The translations under genes and the position numbers were made by a program. A stretch of 64,000 nt of DNA, taken from Basidiobolus meristosporus CBS 931.73 (lineage: Eukaryota; Fungi; Basidiobolomycota). The stretch lies in contig MCFE01000492.1 of assembly GCA_002104905.1 (NCBI GenBank), positions 2,830 to 66,829 of the forward strand, read 5' to 3'. This document shows positions 25,527-36,659 of this stretch, piece by piece (positions within the stretch are counted from its first letter, which is position 1; every line of letters starts with the position of its first letter). A model generated the notes under the pieces. It was not told the DNA's origin. It searched no databases and was given only the letters and a program-made list of their open reading frames with translations.

Positions 25527-26723
25527 ATGCCGGACAACCTTTCGGAGAGTATTAAGAACACGGTCGCCGGAGCCAGCGCTGGTTGCGTGGCTTCTGTCAT
25601 AACCTGTCCCTTGGATGTAGTCAAGACAAGACTTCAGAATCAAGGGAAATACGAGGGAATCCATGCGTACAGGGGAACTCTAGGTAAGTGGAATAAGAAC
25701 TCTCAGAAACTTCGGAAAACTCACGCCGTCGCTCACATTCATCAGGTACATTGTCTCGAATCTGGGCTGAGGAAGGTGTACGGGGGCTTTATCGTGGGCT
25801 TGGCCCAACCATTTACGGATATCTTCCGACCTGGTCGATCTATTTTAGTGCCTATAATGGCCTAAAAAAGGTACTAGGGGAGCGAACAGGTAGTCTGCGC
25901 TTTCTTGCTCCTTACCGAGTCAACTCTTACTCTTAGATACTAACAATTCGGACAGGGAGAACTGCCGACAGCATCGTGGTTCATGTACTTTCGGCTATGG
26001 GCGCCGGGGCGACCAGCTCCATTATGACCAATCCTCTTTGGGTGATCAAGACTCGATTCATGGTACTTTAATGGTTCGATGTAGAGTCTGCCTATCGTAC
26101 TTAACAAGATATTTACCTTCACTTCAGACCCAGTCGAGGACCACCAGTTACCATTACAAAAATACCCTTGATGCATTCTCCACGATATGGAGGGAGGAGG
26201 GGATAAGGGGTTTCTACAAAGGACTTACCCCCAGCCTTTTGGGTGTTTTCCATGTGGCAGTGCAATTCCCACTGTATGAACGACTGAAGTTGATCTTGAG
26301 TACGTAGTTCTCTAATCTTTTGGCCCTATCAGTTCGTGACTGACGCGTGTTCTCCCTCTCCAGAAACCGAAGACCTCGAGTCGTTTGGCACATCGGCCAT
26401 TCTGGTTGCTTCGTCTTCTTCCAAGATGGCGGCCAGTATAGTCACATATCCGCACGAAGTAATATCCCATGTAAACTCACTTGTTGTGTACTCCGTGCTC
26501 ATTTTACGTTTGTGTTTAGGTCATCCGGACACGCCTCCAGAATCAGACAGTACGTCCATTTAAATACATGGGCGTTCTGCAGACGATCCATATGATCCAT
26601 CGGGAAGAAGGATGGACCGCATTCTACAAAGGAATGCCCACTAACCTGATACGCACCGTTCCCGCAAGTGCATTGACCATTTTGACCTATGAGCTGATTG
26701 TGATGAAGCTGAGCTCACTCTAA
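25527..26723 (+). CDS. NDT1: Mitochondrial NAD+ carrier (Ndt1/Yia6-like), multi-exon
   Basis: Three carrier repeats (CPLDVVKTRLQ, NPLWVIKTRFM, YPHEVIRTRLQ) and the subfamily motif GYLPTWSIYFSAY. Confidence 0.85.
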
Positions 26724-27287
26724 TCTCAAGATAACCTCCAAGCATTGTTCATACCATCCTTAGTCTCATTCGTAACCCACCTCGACCATACTTGTTAAAT
26801 GTATTCTATAATCATGAATATACCACTCTTCCATACTACTGCCTGCCTCCGAACTCGCTGAATGGTGCTGGTGTTGACCCAGCTTGTCTATCCTTGGGTT
26901 CGATCGAATCAACCTCGACGCCTCGTATATGCAGCTGTGACGGTGTAGCGGAGAGGCTCAACATTAGATTTCATGAGGATATAGGTGGTTTCCCCCGCAT
27001 GTGTTTATTGTACATCCAACAGATAATAAAATTGAGAAACGGCGGATGATAGTGTTGGCCAATCGTGGGTGATGTTGCAATCTTCTCTTGAGGGGAGGGC
27101 CCAAAGGATAGTGGATATGGCGGCATGGCAGGTTGAATACCATCGTGACCAAGTAAACTTGGTGTGCACCAACCGCACCAAAAGAAGCGTTCCATATTTG
27201 TCCAGATCAACTACAAAATAAATGCATTGTTCTAGATTTTATTGAACCTTTGAAGGTACATGTTCAAAAACAGACAAACTTATTTGT

Positions 27288-27826
27288 GGGCCACAGCAAC
27301 TACCTTTCCAAGCAAGACAGCGGTATTGCCATCAAGGAAAGCAGTACGAAAGTCCTTCGCAGTTCTTGAAGCGGTCGACGATGAGAAGTTGGATCAGATG
27401 GAAGACGACCTCAGTGTTAGTACTGATAGTTCCTTGCTCGACAGGTTCAGCAATGATGTCACCAACATCTTTGATCTTGTAGATACCGAAGACTGAAGGA
27501 CGTATGGGAGTATCGGCGTTATGAGTGGGAAGGATGATCATGTTGTTCAAGGCGTCGGGGAGGGTGTCAACGTGGGCGTCGTCACCAATGATGTTGGTAA
27601 CATCTTCACCCTTCTGCCAGAGCATCTTGGCGGACTTGGCCAGTAGGTTACCTTGCCAGCCGGAAATAGGGATGCCGGAGACTGATTGCTCATCGAAGCC
27701 CTTCTTCCATCCAAACTTGATGAGCATGTTTTGCACCTCATCACGGATTTCAACATAACGGTTCTCCCTGTAACCGGCAGCGTCAGAATCCATTTTGTTC
27801 ATATCAAAGATCAATTGCTTTTTAGA
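27288..27826 (-). pseudogene. Decayed partial tandem copy of EFL
   Basis: KQLIFDMNKMDSDAAGYRENRYVEIRDE...GIYKIKDVGD...VEQGT...TEVVF aligns to the neighbouring EFL. It lacks the N-terminal GTPase half, has a 390-bp internal deletion and a frameshift near the C-terminus, and retains the ...HK-stop context (ttatttgtg). Confidence 0.9.
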
Positions 27827-27927
27827 TAGCAAAGTTGCCGTCAGCGGGAACCATCGGACAAGTGTAGTGTTTAGTATGGAGAATTGATATGCTTTATTAA
27901 TTAAACAAAGAGCTAGCTATGTATGAT

Positions 27928-29328
27928 TTATTTGTGCTCAACGGAGACGACCTTGCCAAGCATGACAGCGGTGTTACCATCGAGGAAAGCAATACGGGAA
28001 AGACCCTCGCAGTTCTTGAAGCTATCGACGATAAGGGGTTGGATGGGCTCGAAGACAACCTCGGCGGCCTCGGAAGCCTTGAGGGAGTGGGGGGACTCGA
28101 GCTTCTTACGGCCAGTCTCCTTACCGATCTTCCACTTGAGCTCGGTGATCTTGCAGGCAGCGCGACCGCAACGGACGAAACCGATGGGGGAGTATCCGGG
28201 CTTGACTTCTCCTGGGATATCGAGGGTTTGGATTTGGGCAGTGAAGTTCTTGACGGGGCGGAGGGTGTTGTCGCTCTTGTAGACCATGACATCACCAGCA
28301 CGGGGCATGTTACCCTTGTCAAGACCCTTGATGTTCATACCGACGTTGTCACCGGTTTGAGCGAACTCGACACGCTTGTGGTGCATCTCGACGGTGAACA
28401 CCTTACCGGTACAGGGGTTACCGGCGGTGTGGGTGGGAAGGAAGACAACTTCAGTGTTGGGGGTGACGGTACCTTGCTCGACACGTCCGGCAACGACATC
28501 TCCGACACCCTTGATCTTGTAGATACCGGAAACGGGGAGACGCATGGCGGCGTCAGCGTTACGGGAAGGAAGGACGACCATGTCGTTCAAGGCGGTGAGG
28601 AGGGTCTCAACGTGGATTTTGTCGCCGTTTTGGTTGATGACATCTTGTCCCTTCCACCAGGCCATCTTCTCGGACTTCTTCAACAAGTTGTCGCCTTGCC
28701 ATCCGGAAATGGGGAGGATAGGAACGGATTGCTCAACGAACTCCTTCTTCCATCCGACCTTGATAAGCATGTTGCGCATCTCATCACGGATTTCGTTGTA
28801 ACGGTCCTCCTTGTAACCGGCGGTATCGGAATCCATCTTGTTGACACCAATGATGAGTTGCTTGACACCGAGAAGGTTGAGGAGACGAGCGTGCTGGCGG
28901 GTTTGGCCTTGGATATCTCCGGCCTTGTGGTCACCCTTTTGGATGGCGGTGGTGAAGTTACCATCGGCGGGGACCATGAGAAGGGCGACATCAGCTTGGG
29001 CGGCTCCGGAAATCATGTTCTTGATGAAATCTCTGTGTCCGGGAGCATCAATGATGGTGTAGTGCCACTTCTCGGTGAAGAACTCCTTGGTGGTGCAGGA
29101 GATGGTCACACCACGCTCACGTTCGTCCTTTTGGCGATCCATGTAGAAAGCGAAGGCGAAGGAAGACTTACCGAGACGTTCGGCTTCTTGCTTCAACTTG
29201 TCCATTTCACGCTCGGGGATACCGCCGAGTTCGAAAAGAAGACGACCGGTAGTGGTAGACTTACCGGAATCGACGTGACCGCAAATAACGATGGAAAGAT
29301 GGTTCTTGTTGTCAGTAGCAGAGGACAT
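27928..29328 (-). CDS. EFL: Elongation factor-like GTPase (EFL), intronless CDS
   Basis: GHVDSGKSTTTGRLLFELGG, ERERGVTI, DAPGHRDFIKNMI and NKMD motifs, plus the EFL-type insertion DGNFTTAIQKGDHKAGDIQGQTRQHARL that distinguishes it from canonical EF-1alpha. Strong codon bias. Confidence 0.95.
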   Translation of the reverse strand: MSSATDNKNHLSIVICGHVDSGKSTTTGRLLFELGGIPEREMDKLKQEAERLGKSSFAFAFYMDRQKDERERGVTISCTTKEFFTEKWHYTIIDAPGHRDFIKNMISGAAQADVALLMVPADGNFTTAIQKGDHKAGDIQGQTRQHARLLNLLGVKQLIIGVNKMDSDTAGYKEDRYNEIRDEMRNMLIKVGWKKEFVEQSVPILPISGWQGDNLLKKSEKMAWWKGQDVINQNGDKIHVETLLTALNDMVVLPSRNADAAMRLPVSGIYKIKGVGDVVAGRVEQGTVTPNTEVVFLPTHTAGNPCTGKVFTVEMHHKRVEFAQTGDNVGMNIKGLDKGNMPRAGDVMVYKSDNTLRPVKNFTAQIQTLDIPGEVKPGYSPIGFVRCGRAACKITELKWKIGKETGRKKLESPHSLKASEAAEVVFEPIQPLIVDSFKNCEGLSRIAFLDGNTAVMLGKVVSVEHK

Positions 29329-30234
29329 ATTGAAGAGCGGTGTCTAGTCGATGATTTTCAAGAGACAGGTTAGTCAACTTGTCACTGCATCCCTATTTAA
29401 ACTATATTTACCCAAGGTACCTGCAAAAAAAAACTCGCCCTACCTTCACCTCTGGGGTAAATAAAACCCCTGGACATACTTGTCTAGTCACTCAATATAA
29501 ATGACTGACTATATTGGGCCGATAAGGTATGGCACTTTACACTTGGTAGAAACAGGTCCAGAAGAACAGGAAGCCCGAGTGGGCCATTGACTCGATATCC
29601 TCTTCGACCTTGCAATGGGAAGCCTCGGAGCTGGATCCGCAAACCTAACAATCGTAAATCACCACTTGAGGAGAGTTACGAACCTTCAACTCGACCTCGG
29701 CAATTATCAATGTCGGCATCATGGCTGCTTCAGCAACAAAAGAGTTGTTGTGGCATGTTCCCCTTATTCGATACTCGTGGTTTCACCGAAGTGAAGAATT
29801 TGTTTTTTTGTTCCATAATGTTTTACAAGCTCCACCCGTCTCAGGCCCAGTTAGCACAGCGTTGTTATCACGACCAGATATGGCAAATGACTTACCATGT
29901 ATGGGTAATGGAGGAATTTTCATATTTATTGCTATAGCTCATTTAGGATGGATACGGCGGCAATCAAACGAGGCCTGCCATACTTTTCTTTACTTCCGTT
30001 GTGTTGGGATGCTGTCGCAGATGAATTGGACTTCGGATCATGCTCTATCCTCGCCACTGCACACGCATACTCGTTGTAAAGCCTTGAGGGATGGTGTCCT
30101 GGTAAACGGGTGCCATTGCTACATGGGTGTGTGGCTGTCAGTCGTGGTCCTGCCAGAGCACCTTGCAAGGTGGAATAGAATAAATTAACGTTTTATTGCT
30201 ATATTACTACCAGGTAGTTGGATAATCCATATTC

Positions 30235-30870
30235 CTACATAACAATAGAGAGAAGACTCAATAGAACGGTTATAAGTACTACGAAACAGCTCGATCTAGC
30301 GGCCGCTCCACTGCTTACGTCATCGGCCTTGGAGCGGTTGGGCAGTTGCACCATCTTCGATGGCTGACTCCAAACCGATGGTTTGCCTACGACCGAGAGG
30401 GGATAGGTTTTGGTTGAGCCTGTTGCTTTCTGTGTGGTGGTATTTGATGCTGGACCACCACTGGGGATACTGGCGTTTGAACTTGTTGACAGAGAGGAGT
30501 GTGTCGTAGATGCTTCCAGAGCTGTGGTTCTACGACTCATCTCACTAAGGGCCGAGGCTGTTGGACTCGCAACTTTGGAGCCAGAGGTAGCAGCTGCAAA
30601 CCAGCTCGACATGGTAGCGCTTGTTGTGGAAGTTGTTCTGGAACTTGACCAGCGGGATGTTTCGAAACCTGTGAGGTTGATCGAGTCCCGATCCAGTTCA
30701 GTTTCAGTGCTGTCCTCTTCACCCAGATCAAACATGTCAGGGTCAACAAAGTCACTGCTCCGGATGACCAACGGGTGATCTGCGAGCGAATATCGAGACC
30801 CGGGGTATTTGAGCGTGTTTACGGCCCCGATTAAGAGAAGTACAAGTAGAAGAAAGGTGGAATTCGGCAT
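30235..30870 (-). CDS. Ser/Thr-rich secreted protein, probably GPI-anchored
   Basis: The ATG at 30870 gives signal peptide MPNSTFLLLVLLLIGAVNT, followed by an S/T-rich body and a C-terminal small-residue site plus hydrophobic tail (SSGAAARSSCFVVLITVLLSLLSIVM). Confidence 0.8.
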   Translation of the reverse strand: MPNSTFLLLVLLLIGAVNTLKYPGSRYSLADHPLVIRSSDFVDPDMFDLGEEDSTETELDRDSINLTGFETSRWSSSRTTSTTSATMSSWFAAATSGSKVASPTASALSEMSRRTTALEASTTHSSLSTSSNASIPSGGPASNTTTQKATGSTKTYPLSVVGKPSVWSQPSKMVQLPNRSKADDVSSGAAARSSCFVVLITVLLSLLSIVM

Positions 30871-32119
30871 CGAAAGGGTTCGCTTCAAAGAGCTGTGTTC
30901 ACTTGTAGATTTTGGTTGACGCAGTCACGTGGGTCCAAGTTCTACGGAGGTATTAAGAAACAAAAAAATCGACATGTGTGGGCCTTAGGTTAGACTGGGA
31001 TTTTATATTCAAATCGCCATGCCATTAGATGCCTCCAGCTCGGATTTTTAGGGAAGGAATATTCGTACACATTAGTCTAGTGCTTCATGCTTATGCTTGA
31101 ACCTTAATCGAACGATCGGAGTTTATCTCCAGTGGTAACTTGGGCATTCGATAGTTGCGTGGACGTGCGTTGGTATCGCCTAGAATCATCAGCGTAGTGC
31201 AATTCTGGATGCTAGTGTTTACGAACCTCCTCAACCGGTAGCGTCCTTCATGGGAAGTTCATAGGGTGTAAAGGGTTCCGATCCAAGATGTCCTGAGACT
31301 CAATGGACGTCTGTACTGGTACAATGTTGCTATTATACCTCCATTATTGAGTGTACGTATGGAAAGAGATGCCGGTCTAGCAATAACTCGCGTTAAAGGA
31401 CAAACGAAATCAGAGGTCCACTATGCATAGTGGGTGACATGGGGAAAAATCATCAACGAGTGGTGAATGCAGCGCTAAGGAACTATAGGTGTGGAGCATG
31501 GTGGCATGAACATTGCTCATATATGTTATGCAGAATCAGCTATCAAGAGCACTGCTGCTACTGAATAGCATATCGGAAATTAATGTGACTGATAGTCACT
31601 TCATACCTGCCCTCTGGCTTTGCTGCTGCCAGAGGGAGGAGCCCCGCAACTGCTTGGCTTTCTTCGCACCGATCATCTAGTTAGTTTTATGAGGCCTCAC
31701 GTCAATGTTCAACGGATTTAAGGATGCCATATGTTGGATGATTCAGGATAGCCCTCAGCGCCCATGTGCCGCTCTTTTCCACAAACATTGATAGTAATGG
31801 AGAGCTCGCATTTATCGGCCCCCCAGATCCGTTCTGAGAGTATGCTTTAGTGATAGCAGCTGGGCCGCCAAGCTTTTCGCCCCTCAGAATACAACAGTAG
31901 CCAAAGATCCTCTGTTCATATAGAAGCACCTAACAGACATTGATTGCACCAGATCGGATCTTAGAATATGAATATCCTGGTTACATTAAAGATAGAGGCC
32001 GGATAAACGGCTTGGCGAGCATCAATAACTGTTTGCACAACTTGGTGTCAGGTTCGAAGAATCATTGGTAAAGTACTGAGTGGTTCCTCGATGGGTTAAT
32101 GGACAGGATCTAGTTGGAC

Positions 32120-32137
32120 ATATATATATATATATAT
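32120..32137. repeat. (AT)n microsatellite
   Basis: Directly visible run of about nine AT units. Confidence 0.9.
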
Positions 32138-32447
32138 GCAAAATACAAGGTACATCCGCGAAGCCGATAGCTAGGTAGGGTTGACATTAGCTTAAGCACC
32201 CAGGATTTTCATCTACTTGAACATGTGCCAGAACGAGCGCTGCTCACCGGCTCTCATTCCCAGAAATTTCGAATGTAAAGCCAGCATCGTCCTTGATGAA
32301 GCCCAATAATCTTGAATAAATAGGCACGAGGGACATTCAAACCATCTTTATTACCGCTGATATTAGCGTACAAATATATGTTCATTAAAATACACAAGCA
32401 AATAGCCATTTCACCAACCCGCCGCTAGCACCCTGAGCGCAACGACA

Positions 32448-32920
32448 TCAAAAGTCAAGTAATAGTTGGGCAGCGGTTTTTTCAAGGTGCTCTACCTCCA
32501 GCCTTGGTACAGCCTCGGAATCGGCTCGCTCAGTTTTTGAGACCCCTGCACTGCGATGAACGGCCTCTGTGGAACGAAACTATGGGGTCAACATGGTATG
32601 CTAGCCAGGAGGCAGGTGAACAGTACGAACCTCGGGTAAAAAGACGTAACAGATCAGCAGCTAAACTGGCTGCATCCGACTTGACTTTGGTAAACGTGGG
32701 TTAGATACCTTCCACTGGAACTCGTCTTCCTTAAGCGATCATCAGGAAAACCACTTACTCTTGGTGTTTGATTCTTTCCATACGGTCTTGAAGATACTCT
32801 GAATCGTTTCCTTCAGGGAACATCGCATGAGTGGGAAACTAACCAAACAAGGCACCTCCTGCATATGTTGCCACTTACGGGTTTGAAAGTAGGTTGCTCG
32901 GCGGTATTGGGATCTTCCAT
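32448..32920 (-). CDS. MHF2: CENP-X / MHF2 histone-fold protein, four exons, absent from the ORF track
   Basis: Hand splicing with GT-AG introns gives MEDPNTAEQPTFKP|ETIQSIFKTVWKESNTK|IKSDAASLAADLLRLFTR|EAVHRSAGVSKTERADSEAVPRLEVEHLEKTAAQLLLDF*. The C-terminus matches the CENP-X signature vEHLEKixxQLLLDF. Confidence 0.9.
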
Positions 32921-33431
32921 TTCTGACAAAGCTTCGTGGAAGGTTAAGCGGTTGCACTGCGCCTCAACTCAGATCATAAATTTTCGGGTTGTTGATGGTC
33001 AACAAACGCGTCCCATCGAGATGGCCACTCTGGATCAGCAATATTCACCAGACTTCCTGCGGTATGCACACTGGGTGATTGGTTGCGTATCGAGATTGGC
33101 CTCATCAGTATTCACCCAATGTATCATGTATATAGGACCGAATCAATCAAGGCTTTATATGGTCATGTCAATTTCTATTGATAAGAATTTTACATTACAG
33201 AGTCAAAAGGTTGAAGGGAACATAATGTACGGAATAAGGAAGAGCTGTGCAACCTCGTCATGATGCCTGAATACAACTGGGGCCGTGACAAACGAAACAA
33301 TGAAAACAAAACTATTTCACGATATACAATTGGTGATAAGAAGTGGGTGACCTACAGAATAGAGTTCTTGGATTTTACTCTAGAGCAACGTAATGATGGG
33401 AATGATGTAGTGAGGCTGAGGGCTGCTGTGA

Positions 33432-34817
33432 CTAACTATCGCTGGACTCCTCTACTTTAACACTTTGGGACGGTGATCCTGGACTTTCTCCTGTGAGTTT
33501 ACTCTTGGCACGGATTTTGTTTCTCAACGCCTCCATAACCTCAGCATGAGAAAGGGAGCGGCCTCGCTTGTGGCTGACTGGGTTGGTGTCATCGTCGGCC
33601 ATTGGGTTGCTCGAATGTGCCCCGCTATCGGAGGCGTTGTCGACCTGAGGTGAATCTCTTTGTTGTGATGGTGACGGGAATTGTCGAGGCGTGCGTGGTG
33701 GCTGAGAGTTTGATCGATTTACGGCAGTCAATGAGTTTGCGGTGGATGTTGACACGCTCAATGAGACCGCCGGATTGGGTACTTGGACAAAATTTGGGGT
33801 CAGCATTTGCTGCTGCGTGTTCATGTGCTCTGGTAGAAGGCTGCCCGCGTTGCCCGGCTGGGGCGTAATACCTAGTGGCGTATATTCTGCAGGTGAAGAT
33901 TTCAACGGAGACATGAGACTGGGCGAGGTTGAATATCCTTGCATCATCCCGGCGGAGTCCATACCATTTCTACAATAGGGTCATCAGGTTTAGTCAATCA
34001 TGAATAGAGCGAAAAGAAACCAGCACATACTTAATTAAACGAATCAATACCTTAAAGATGCAAACATGCTTGCTGTTGATTTTGAGAGTTCGCAAAGATA
34101 ACTAAGTAAATTACTCTAAAACAGGCGAGCGTGTTTATAGAACGTACCAGTCATCGGTGCAGTGAAATTGGCGGTCATTTGGCGCTGCTCCTTCAGGATC
34201 TCCAGCTCGATTTTTTTGGATTCAAGATGTAATTTCTCCGCCTTTCGTCGTTCTTCTTCACCTTTCCTCTATTCAAAAGAAAAACAAAGGAAATTAAGCG
34301 ATTGGTACTCATTAAGGAAGTGCTTTCCCAGGCTTACTTTATCTTCGGCAACCTTAGCCTCAAGAACACAACGTAGCATATCCGGTTTGTCGGCATACTC
34401 TTGTAATATTTCTCTCAGGGAATAAATAGCGACATTCTGCGAATCGATGGGTGGCGTCATGCTTTGTGGGAGCGGCTGTTGAGATAGCACTTGTTGGGGA
34501 GCAGCTTTTTGCACATACTGCTGCTGGAGCTCCTGGGCCTGGTGCTGCTGAATCTGCTGCTGTAACTGTTGTTGCTGTTGCTGCTGCAACTGCTGCTGCT
34601 GCTGCAATTGCTGTTGTTGTTGTTGCTGCTGCTGTTGTTGCAATTGCTGTTGCTGAAGTTGGCGCAATTGCTCTTGTTGTAAGTGATGTTGCTGCATTTG
34701 CTGCTGCTGTAGCTGCCGTTGCTGTAGCTGCTGTTGGATTTGTTGGTCAGAATAATAAGCATACTGTGTAGCCATAGCTGATGTAGGTATTGTTGTGGGG
34801 TAGGTATTGGGATCCAT
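33432..34817 (-). CDS. Polyglutamine protein of unknown function with short conserved helical motifs, multi-exon
   Basis: ATG at 34817 is followed by a long Q tract, then LREILQEYADKPDMLRCVLEAKVAEDK|RKGEEERRKAEKLHLESKKIELEILKEQ; the last exon contains HAEVMEALRNKIRAK. Confidence 0.8.
34510..34745 (-). repeat. CAG/CAA trinucleotide-rich tract encoding polyQ
   Basis: The + strand shows repeated tgc/tgt/ttg units (CAG/CAA on the - strand). Confidence 0.9.
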
Positions 34818-35481
34818 TGAAGGAATTGTTCGAGGGAGGAAAGGTCAATTCAGCTTGTTATACAGAACAACAGGCTTTCAACTCAACAAAAGAGAGCAGG
34901 AGAGTAAAATAGACCTGTTAAAAATAGATGAAAATAAAATCAAGCAAAAACGGAAGCTAAACATTGCTACTATTTATAAGGCGATCTAATTTTACCATCA
35001 CCAAAATGAATGTTCTATTTAGGGATTCTTTTTTCCATCTGATTTCCTGAAGTCAGTACATGGTTGATGGCAGCCAGACCCTTAGACCGAACAATTTGAA
35101 TGGTATATTGAGCGCTAATTACTCCTCATCTGTTTCTCAAGGCGTCAAGGATCCACCCTGAATCTGACGAGATGGTTGATCACAAGCTAATCGTCGAATG
35201 TAGAATCCATCATTGGCCGATTTGGGGATGATGGCATTATGTGGTGAGCATAGCAGTAGACTTCTTGGAAAGTTGGACGGAGGGCACGTTTAGAAAAGGG
35301 TGTGAATTTTCGGTGCTAGAGTTGGTTTACTCCTGGCCATTAGCGTTCTTGTGCGATGAACTTATTGCCCAATGGCATCTCCCATTGGCGGATAAATATA
35401 TGCGCTAAAAATAGCCGAATGAAACACAGTGGGTACGTATATATACACTGAACCATTATTTATACCATCAGAATTTGGTAT

Positions 35482-35913
35482 TCATGATACTCTCGAACAT
35501 GGGCCTGCGATCCCGGCTGATTGAATTTCCTCAGGACTGTTGCTCACGGAGCATTCATGTGCTGAGCATTGGATCACTCCAAGGATCAGTAAGCGCCTAC
35601 CTAAACGGTCAATGACCACAGCTGTGTCATATGTAGGCAGGGTGTATTTTCGCTGGTTTGTGTAATTATCACTAGGATGTCGGCGCTGTTTGAAGGCCGC
35701 CTCAATAAATGATCCCTCCAAAGCTTCCGTCAGCATTGGCTCTCCGTATGCACTGAGCCAGTAACACCGCGTGCGCTTGGCCTTCCAAAAGACCGACATC
35801 CACTGCCATGTCCGTGAATCCTCCGGTGTTACATACGTTTGATGACTCAGCTGGCTATGCCTAGATTCGGATGTCTCATTTCGAGCCATGTTCCCTGTAA
35901 GTAAATCTAGCAT
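35482..35913 (-). CDS. Hypothetical protein, possibly WWE-like; exon limits uncertain
   Basis: 143-aa ORF with a WQW...W..Y.......FIEAAFKQ pattern; no firm family match. Confidence 0.45.
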   Translation of the reverse strand: MLDLLTGNMARNETSESRHSQLSHQTYVTPEDSRTWQWMSVFWKAKRTRCYWLSAYGEPMLTEALEGSFIEAAFKQRRHPSDNYTNQRKYTLPTYDTAVVIDRLGRRLLILGVIQCSAHECSVSNSPEEIQSAGIAGPCSRVS

Positions 35914-36659
35914 ACTCTAATCATCCAGTATTACGTATCGTCACCTATAGTCAAAATTACCGACCTTATCTCCATCCGCTTTTAGGCCAGAGTGCCTGCT
36001 GTGAGACATCAGTGGAGGCATGGCTCCTGTCCCAGGTACCACATAGATTTAGCAATGGTCTGTATCAAATCCTGGCTTGGGTGTAGTCATCGTTTCCAGC
36101 AGCCCCCACCACTGGCGAGCGCTGACAACACACATGGCCTGTATCGAGATCAATGCCTACGTAGGGGTTGCAAAATGGATTTTCTCTTGAATGTTCCCTT
36201 CGTAACAGGATGGCCAATTGATGTCTACAACCCCGATCTCTCATTGAGTGGCATGCGCATTGGATGCGAATCCAGCGGGTGGTGTGCCATCAGTGTTGGA
36301 AATTAATGACTGTTTCTGATGAGTCGACTTTCGCAGATTCGATCGAATCCACCTGAATACTCTACAGGCTTGATCGTACGTAATCTGTTGATAAGATGGG
36401 CGCATAGTGGACAATCACATAATCCCGACATCTCTTCGATTTCCGACTTGGTTTCTGATCCGAGATCAGATACTATGCAGATTTCTCCGAGTATGGTCTA
36501 GAGTTCATCTGGGTTGGATGGCTTTCTGATGGAAGCAAGGCCTGGTTGGACACTGTTGCTAAACAACGTATTGAGTGAGCCAGCACCCTCGTGTCGGGTA
36601 TCATGTTATAGCCAGCCATATATATACAATGCCTCGCTGATGGGCGACTCCTAGTGAAG

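Noticed and set aside
26895-27000. tRNA-like fragments (GGGTTCGATC; GGTGTAGCGGAGAGG); also GTTCGATCCCC near 3455
   Set aside because: No cloverleaf: the T-stem and anticodon stem do not pair and the elements are in the wrong order.
27919-29373. 484-aa ORF on the + strand
   Set aside because: Exact antisense shadow of the codon-biased EFL gene, in register with its codons; no motifs of its own.
34451-34771. Ala/Val-rich (+) and Ser/Asn-rich (-) ORFs
   Set aside because: Alternative frames of the polyQ CAG/CAA tract.
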